64,000 nucleotides of DNA from positions 74,464 through 138,463 of the forward strand of contig JAPWKH010000034.1 of assembly GCA_028283605.1 (NCBI GenBank). The letters are read 5' to 3'. Of the stretch, positions 58,312 to 64,000 are shown piece by piece; position 1 is the stretch's first letter, and the number at the start of each line of letters is the position of its first letter. A program made the translations under genes and the position numbers. The notes beneath the pieces were generated by a model. The model did not search any database. It was not told the DNA's origin and was given only the letters and a program-made list of their open reading frames with translations. Origin of the DNA: Arachidicoccus sp. (lineage in GTDB: Bacteria; Bacteroidota; Bacteroidia; Chitinophagales; Chitinophagaceae).

Positions 58312-61300
58312 ATGCTATTAAGAAAAATTTTACCATTATTAATTGTCATTTTAATTCCGTTTTTTGGAATTGCGCAAGAAACAACATCGCAAATTCTTGG
58401 CACAATCTCCGATGGAACACATGGCTTAGAAGGCGCTACTATCGTAGCAATACATGTCCCAACAGGCACTAAGTATTCCACTACTTCTCGTAGAGATGGC
58501 CATTACAATTTGCCTGGTTTAAGAGTAGGCGGGCCTTATACCCTTACTGTTACTTTCGCGGGGTTTGTAGATCAAAAGCAAGAGAATATAACATTGAATC
58601 TCGGACAAGATTATGCAGGAGATTTTACTTTAGTAGCGGCAACATCAGATCTTAAAGATGTTGTTGTATCTTCTACAAATCAAAATAAGGTTTTTAATAA
58701 TAGTAGAACAGGTGCTCAGGAAATCGTAACTCGTAGTCAAATAGAAAGACTTCCTACAATTTCTCGTTCAATCCAAGACTTTGCTAAACTTGAGCCATCT
58801 GCAAACGGATTAAGTTTTGGAGGCGCTTATTCCGGGTTTAATAATATTACATTAAATGGTGCAGATTTTAATAATTCATTTGGATTATCTGGTACTTTGG
58901 GTGGCCAGGCAAATGCTCAGCCAGTTTCGTTAGATGCCATAGATCAAATCCAGGTTAATTTATCTCCTTATGATGTACGCCAAGGTGGTTTTACAGGTGC
59001 TGGCGTTAATGCTATAACAAGAAGCGGTACTAATCAGTTTAAAGGAACAGTTTATACTTATATAAAAGGCCCAGGCACGCAAGGGTATAATGTCGGAACT
59101 ACAAAAGTTCTTAGAACACCTTTCTCCTTTAATTTGGCAGGAGCGAGCGTTGGAGGAGCTATAGTCAAAAATAAGTTATTTTTCTTTGTCACAGGCGAAC
59201 AGAGTCTGCAAAATGCACCTGCAACAAGTATAATACCCTCTTCAAGTTCTAACCCTCCGGTTCCCGGAAGTGTATCTCAAGCAAATGCTGATACTTTAGC
59301 CAAATTAGCAGATTTCCTTAAAACAAATTTCAATTACGATCCTGGCGCTTTTCAAGGATATTCATTTAAGACTAATAGCTATAAAGTAAATGCGCGCATT
59401 GATTGGAATATAAATGATAAGAATACATTTTCTTTCATGTATAATTATTTAAAATCATATGCAGATCAATTTGCCAGCACAAGCAGGCCGGGCAGTACTA
59501 ATGGCCAAACAACAGGTGGACAACCCGGAACTTATTCAATGCCATTTTTTGGAAGCGGTTATAGAATTAATAATAATCTAAATGTTTATATGCTGGAACT
59601 TAACTCTCGTTTTAGTAATTCCGCTTCGAATAAACTGCAATTAGGATATACCAAAGAAAGAGATTTTCGCTCATCACAAGCATCCGGTAATTTCCCGCTT
59701 ACTGATATTTTAAACAGTGGAAATATATATACAACTTTTGGATACGAGCCATATACTTACAACAATCAGCTGAATATGAAATCATATCAATTAACTGATA
59801 TCTTTACAATGTACAAAGGAGGTCACGAAATAACTTTTGGTACACAAAATAGCTATAAAAAGTACCAAAATGCATTTGCCCCGGGATATAATGGAGGATA
59901 TCAATTTAGCAGCTTATCAGATTTTTATGCAGCAGCTATGGACACATCCAAACATTTAGCAAAAAATTATTATCAGTCTTATTCTACTTTGCCGGGCGGC
60001 GCATTTCCTTGGGCTTATGCCGGGGCAACAAATTTAAGTTTATTTGCTCAGGACAAATGGCGTGCATCTAACAAATTTACTTTAGTATATGGTATCAGAT
60101 TTGATTATACTACATACCAAAATAAATTTACTGATAATCCTAATTTTGACATGTTGAAATTCAAAAACGATGTTACTTATAATGTAGGTAAAGCACCAAA
60201 AGGTTTCTTGGTTGTTTCTCCAAGAATCGGATTTAACTGGGATATTAAAGGAGATAAAAGTTGGCAACTGCGCGGTGGTGCGGGTGTATTTGAAGGAGCT
60301 CCTCCTTTTGTGTGGATTGAAAATCAGGCAGCAAATAATGGTGTGCAATTCGGGTCATTTACAGCAACCAATTATCCATTTTTCTCAGATCCTACACAAG
60401 CGCTTAATTATTACTTAGCTACTCATAACCTTTCTCAAACGTCTACGCCAACAGGTTATTCAGTAAATATTGTTGATAAAGGATTTAAATATCCAACTAA
60501 ACTAAAAACCAATATAGCATTAGATAAAAAATTTACAGGTGACTGGGTTGTAACAGGTGAGTTTTCCTACACAAAAGACATTAATGCATCTTATATGTAT
60601 AATGCAAACTTGAACGAAACTAACGGATTTGCTATAACAAATGGTGGCGATACAAGAACAAGATATATACCTGCTTCATATACTGCAAATGAATATAGCA
60701 CTGTAGGTAACAAATATTATTCTACCGGAACTGATTTACAGCATCCGAATATTGGAAACGTAATTGTATTGGCTAATACACACAAAGGTTGGTCATATAC
60801 TGCAACTGTAAGAATTCAGAAAACATTTAGAAATCTTAATGCAAGCATAGCGTATACGTATCAGGATACAAGAACGGCTATGGAAGGCGGAAGTACTGCA
60901 AGTTCTTTGTGGTCTGCTCGTCCTGTTGCTAATACCGATCCGAATGCTCCCACTTTGGCTCGTCCAAGCTGGTACCAACCTCATCGTGTAGTTGGTTTTG
61001 CAAGTTATCACTTTGATTATGCAAAACATTTCTCAAGTTCAATCGGTTTGTATTACGAAGCTGCGCCTGCTTATGCAACTTCGTATGTATATAATGGAGA
61101 CCTAAATGGCGATGGTAATACAGGAAACGATTTGATTTATATTCCTAAGTCAAAAACAGACATTAATTTAATTGATGTTGGATCTTTCAAATCCGGAGCC
61201 GGTACAACAACAGGAACTACCACAGATCCAAGAACGGCAGACCAAATTTGGACACAGTTGAATAATTTCATAAATCAAGATCCTTATTTATCAAAACATC

Positions 61301-61671
61301 GTGGGCAGTATGCTAAAGCCAATTCAGTAGTTTTGCCATGGTATAAATTGTTAAATGTAAATTATACGCAAGATATTTATTTCTTTACCAACGGTAAAAA
61401 TGATATTAAAAATAAACACACATTACGTTTAAGTATAGATATAATTAATTTCGGAAATTTATTGAATAAAAACTGGGGAATTGTGAAAACTGCCGCATCT
61501 ACAAACTTCTTAAAATTAGAAGGTATAGCAGCAGACGGAAAAACTCCTTTATTTTCTTTCCCTTATGCAGATGCTTCAAACCAAGTACCTTTTGTTAATA
61601 GTTTTAATAATAATACTAGTATTTCTTCTCGTTGGCAAATGCAATTCGGTATCCGTTATTTGTTTAATTAA
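58312..61671 (+). CDS. TonB-dependent receptor, Oar-like, with carboxypeptidase-regulatory N-terminal domain
   Basis: Signal peptide from ATG 58312, GLRVGGPY, SLDAIDQIQV...YDVRQGGFTGA..NAITRSGTN, SPRIGFNWD, terminal QFGIRYLFN. Confidence 0.9.
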   Translation: MLLRKILPLLIVILIPFFGIAQETTSQILGTISDGTHGLEGATIVAIHVPTGTKYSTTSRRDGHYNLPGLRVGGPYTLTVTFAGFVDQKQENITLNLGQDYAGDFTLVAATSDLKDVVVSSTNQNKVFNNSRTGAQEIVTRSQIERLPTISRSIQDFAKLEPSANGLSFGGAYSGFNNITLNGADFNNSFGLSGTLGGQANAQPVSLDAIDQIQVNLSPYDVRQGGFTGAGVNAITRSGTNQFKGTVYTYIKGPGTQGYNVGTTKVLRTPFSFNLAGASVGGAIVKNKLFFFVTGEQSLQNAPATSIIPSSSSNPPVPGSVSQANADTLAKLADFLKTNFNYDPGAFQGYSFKTNSYKVNARIDWNINDKNTFSFMYNYLKSYADQFASTSRPGSTNGQTTGGQPGTYSMPFFGSGYRINNNLNVYMLELNSRFSNSASNKLQLGYTKERDFRSSQASGNFPLTDILNSGNIYTTFGYEPYTYNNQLNMKSYQLTDIFTMYKGGHEITFGTQNSYKKYQNAFAPGYNGGYQFSSLSDFYAAAMDTSKHLAKNYYQSYSTLPGGAFPWAYAGATNLSLFAQDKWRASNKFTLVYGIRFDYTTYQNKFTDNPNFDMLKFKNDVTYNVGKAPKGFLVVSPRIGFNWDIKGDKSWQLRGGAGVFEGAPPFVWIENQAANNGVQFGSFTATNYPFFSDPTQALNYYLATHNLSQTSTPTGYSVNIVDKGFKYPTKLKTNIALDKKFTGDWVVTGEFSYTKDINASYMYNANLNETNGFAITNGGDTRTRYIPASYTANEYSTVGNKYYSTGTDLQHPNIGNVIVLANTHKGWSYTATVRIQKTFRNLNASIAYTYQDTRTAMEGGSTASSLWSARPVANTDPNAPTLARPSWYQPHRVVGFASYHFDYAKHFSSSIGLYYEAAPAYATSYVYNGDLNGDGNTGNDLIYIPKSKTDINLIDVGSFKSGAGTTTGTTTDPRTADQIWTQLNNFINQDPYLSKHRGQYAKANSVVLPWYKLLNVNYTQDIYFFTNGKNDIKNKHTLRLSIDIINFGNLLNKNWGIVKTAASTNFLKLEGIAADGKTPLFSFPYADASNQVPFVNSFNNNTSISSRWQMQFGIRYLFN

Positions 61672-61693
61672 GGATTTCAATCAATATTCATTC

Positions 61694-61725
61694 AAAGGCC
61701 TCGCTTCGCGGGGCTTTTGTTTTTT
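61694..61725 (+). terminator. Intrinsic terminator
   Basis: AAAGGCCTCGC-ttc-GCGGGGCTTTT followed by a T-rich tail. Confidence 0.75.
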
Positions 61726-61833
61726 ATCCATTTTAAAATAAAATATAATGTGCTTCCAGCTCAGCAATCTTCTGTTATTCTCGCTTTATAAATTCCTTTA
61801 TATCCTTTACTTTTGCGCCACAATTTATTTTCT

Positions 61834-62556
61834 ATGGGAAGAATATTTGAAGTAAGAAAAGCTACAATGTTTGCGCGTTGGGATCGTATGTCCAAGCAGT
61901 TTACGCGCATCGGGAAAGAAATAAATATTGCCGTGAAAGCAGGTGGTGGCAATCCGGATACCAATCCTGCTTTGCGCCGTTGCATTCAAAATGCAAAAAG
62001 TGTGAACATGCCAAAGGATAGAGTAGAATCGGCTATCAAAAAAGCTTTGGGAAAAGATACTGAAAATTACGAAGAGCATTTATATGAAGGTTATGGCCCG
62101 CACGGCGTTGCCATTTTAGTAGAAACCGCTACCGATAATCCTACACGCACGGTGGCAAATGTGCGCTCACATTTCAACAAAGGCGGAGGTTCGTTAGGAA
62201 CAAGCGGAAGCGTGAGTTTCCAATTTAAAAAAATGGGTGTGTTTAAATTAAGTACTGAAGGTGTTGATGCAGATGAATTGGAACTTGAATTAATTGATGC
62301 TGGACTTGAAGAGCTTGGCGAAAGTGTCGATGATAAAGAAAATCCGGTGTTGGTTTTGCGTTGTGCTTTTACCGATTTTGGAAATTTACAAAAAGCGCTG
62401 GAAGATAAAAATATTACACCTTTAAGCGCCGAACTTGAATGGATTCCAACCGTTACCGTTCCTGTTTCCGATGAGCAAGCCGAAGAAGTAAGTAAACTGA
62501 TCGATCGTTTAGAGCAAGACGATGATGTAAATAAAGTGTTTCATAATATGCAATAG
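61834..62556 (+). CDS. yebC: YebC/PmpR family DNA-binding regulator
   Basis: GG.PD.NPALR, NMPKD.VE.AI, YEGYGP.GVA, TDN..RT, DDDV.KVFHN; TACTTTTG at 61808-61815. Confidence 0.93.
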   Translation: MGRIFEVRKATMFARWDRMSKQFTRIGKEINIAVKAGGGNPDTNPALRRCIQNAKSVNMPKDRVESAIKKALGKDTENYEEHLYEGYGPHGVAILVETATDNPTRTVANVRSHFNKGGGSLGTSGSVSFQFKKMGVFKLSTEGVDADELELELIDAGLEELGESVDDKENPVLVLRCAFTDFGNLQKALEDKNITPLSAELEWIPTVTVPVSDEQAEEVSKLIDRLEQDDDVNKVFHNMQ

Positions 62557-62577
62557 CATATTTATTTTATAGCAAAA

Positions 62578-63132
62578 TTACAGCTTCGTTTTTGTATTTT
62601 GATGCAATAAAATCATAGCAAATACGGCGTAATTTAATATATCCACATAATTGGCATCAAGCCCTTCGCTTACCAATAATTTTTCTTCGTTGTGAAGAAT
62701 ACTCTTCATGCGCAGCAGCTTGGTTAATATCAAGTCTACAAAACTTTCCTGGCTCATATCGCGCCAGGCTTCTCCATAATCGTGGTTTTTTGAAAGCATT
62801 GTATTTTTTGCGAACAGTATTTGTTCGTCATATAATCTTTCCACATCGTTCGAGTTCATATCAGGCTCAATAGAAGGCTGGAGCTTTAGCTGAATCAATC
62901 CGATAACAGAATAATTTATAATTCCAATAAATTCGGAAGGAATATCATCGGCAACTTTTTGCGTTTTCAGTTCCTGCAAATTACGTATCCTTAAGGCTTT
63001 AATATATATTTGGTCAATGACGGAAATAGTGCGCAGCACGCGCCATGAAGTGCCGTAATCTTTTTCTTTCTTAATAAAAATATCTTTGCACTGAAAAATT
63101 ATATCGTCGAATTGTTGAGCTGTATGAGACAT
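62578..63132 (-). CDS. DUF1599-like duplicated-domain protein
   Basis: Two repeats: KDYGTSWR...DQIYIKALRI and KNHDYGEAWR...DLILTKLLR. Confidence 0.75.
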   Translation of the reverse strand: MSHTAQQFDDIIFQCKDIFIKKEKDYGTSWRVLRTISVIDQIYIKALRIRNLQELKTQKVADDIPSEFIGIINYSVIGLIQLKLQPSIEPDMNSNDVERLYDEQILFAKNTMLSKNHDYGEAWRDMSQESFVDLILTKLLRMKSILHNEEKLLVSEGLDANYVDILNYAVFAMILLHQNTKTKL

Positions 63133-63253
63133 AAAAAAAGTAATACTTGATTTTTACAAACGTACAGAAATTTTCGGCCGGAAATTTATAATAAGTTGTT
63201 TAGTTTGCAATGTTTAGAAATAAAATATTTCCTTCAAAAAATATATAATTGCT

Positions 63254-64000
63254 ATGTACACTCTCAATTGTAAAGGAACGCTTGTAGTAATCGACAAGCC
63301 ATTGGTAATGGGAATTATAAACGCAAACAATAATTCCTTTTACGAAGGAAGCCGCAATAACTCAATTGATCAAACATTAGCTTCTGCACGAAAAATGCTT
63401 GCCGAAGGCGCTGATATTCTCGACATTGGCGGACAAAGCACCCATCCGGAAAGTATTGCTATATCCGCAAATGAAGAAATGGATCGGGTAATACCGGCAA
63501 TAGAAATAATTGTAAAAAATTTTCCGGATGCCATCATATCTATTGATACATATTATTCCAAAGTTGCAAAAGCGTCCGTAAAAGCCGGCGCTAAAATAGT
63601 AAACGATATAAGCGCAGGCAATTTAGATATTGATATGATCAGTACTGTTGCATCGCTCAATGTTCCTTACATTGCCATGCACATGAAAGGCACGCCTCAA
63701 ACCATGAAGAATCTTGCACATTATGAAGATATTACACGCGAAGTGTTGGATTATTTTATTCAAAAAATTGATGAATGTAATAGAGCCGGAATTAAAGATA
63801 TAATTCTTGACCCTGGCTTTGGATTTGCAAAAACAATAGACCAGAATTTCGAACTAATGAGAAATTTGTCTGTTTTCAAAATCCTTGAAAAACCATTGCT
63901 TGTAGGTATTTCTCGAAAAGCAACAATTTATAAAACATTACATATTTCTGCTGAAGATGCATTGAATGGCACTACTGTTTTGAATGCATTTGCTTTGCAA
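63254..64000 (+). CDS. folP: Dihydropteroate synthase, runs off the window end (absent from the ORF track)
   Basis: ATG 63254; VMGIIN, GADILDIGG, ISIDT, IVNDISAG, MHMKG.PQTM, DPGFGFAK, GISRK, LNGT. Confidence 0.93.
   Translation, partial: MYTLNCKGTLVVIDKPLVMGIINANNNSFYEGSRNNSIDQTLASARKMLAEGADILDIGGQSTHPESIAISANEEMDRVIPAIEIIVKNFPDAIISIDTYYSKVAKASVKAGAKIVNDISAGNLDIDMISTVASLNVPYIAMHMKGTPQTMKNLAHYEDITREVLDYFIQKIDECNRAGIKDIILDPGFGFAKTIDQNFELMRNLSVFKILEKPLLVGISRKATIYKTLHISAEDALNGTTVLNAFALQ

Noticed and set aside
1-64000. Five single-base frameshifts as programmed recoding or a shared phase-variation system
   Set aside because: They hit unrelated genes, go in both directions (+1 and -1), and show no common slippery heptamer, stimulator hairpin or SSR. 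Four lie in or beside AGA/AAGA purine runs and one in a T-run, which fits long-read consensus errors. Only read mapping can settle it.

Overview
64 kb of bacterial chromosome from a Bacteroidota organism. Chitinophagaceae is likely (inference from SusC/SusD, a T9SS C-terminal domain, the MurF-Alr fusion and TAnnTTTG promoters). About 50 CDS are present. Most are housekeeping (murB, uvrC, gltX, proC, mrdA/rodA, corA, murF-alr, ligA, yebC, folP) or peptidases/transporters. I saw no rRNA, tRNA, CRISPR array or prophage. The most interesting items are: (1) a co-oriented GH127 - DadA-like oxidoreductase - M1 aminopeptidase - Xaa-Pro peptidase - DUF5695-like cluster, which could be a hydroxyproline-rich glycoprotein degradation locus; (2) an IS200-like Y1 (RAYT-like) transposase with four nested REP-like hairpins, inserted between a dead 51-bp copy of the proC 5' end and the intact proC; (3) three toxin-antitoxin pairs, one a divergent RelE/ParE-like pair inside aguB-aguA and one followed by a coupled third gene missed by the ORF track; (4) a ROK-susC-susD unit with a 23-bp operator-like palindrome and no adjacent enzymes; (5) a folP with altered active-site loops. 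Five single-base frameshifts (GH127, e(P4) phosphatase, SusD, the third TA-linked gene, peroxiredoxin) are most likely assembly errors. Family names come from motif recognition only; no database searches were run.
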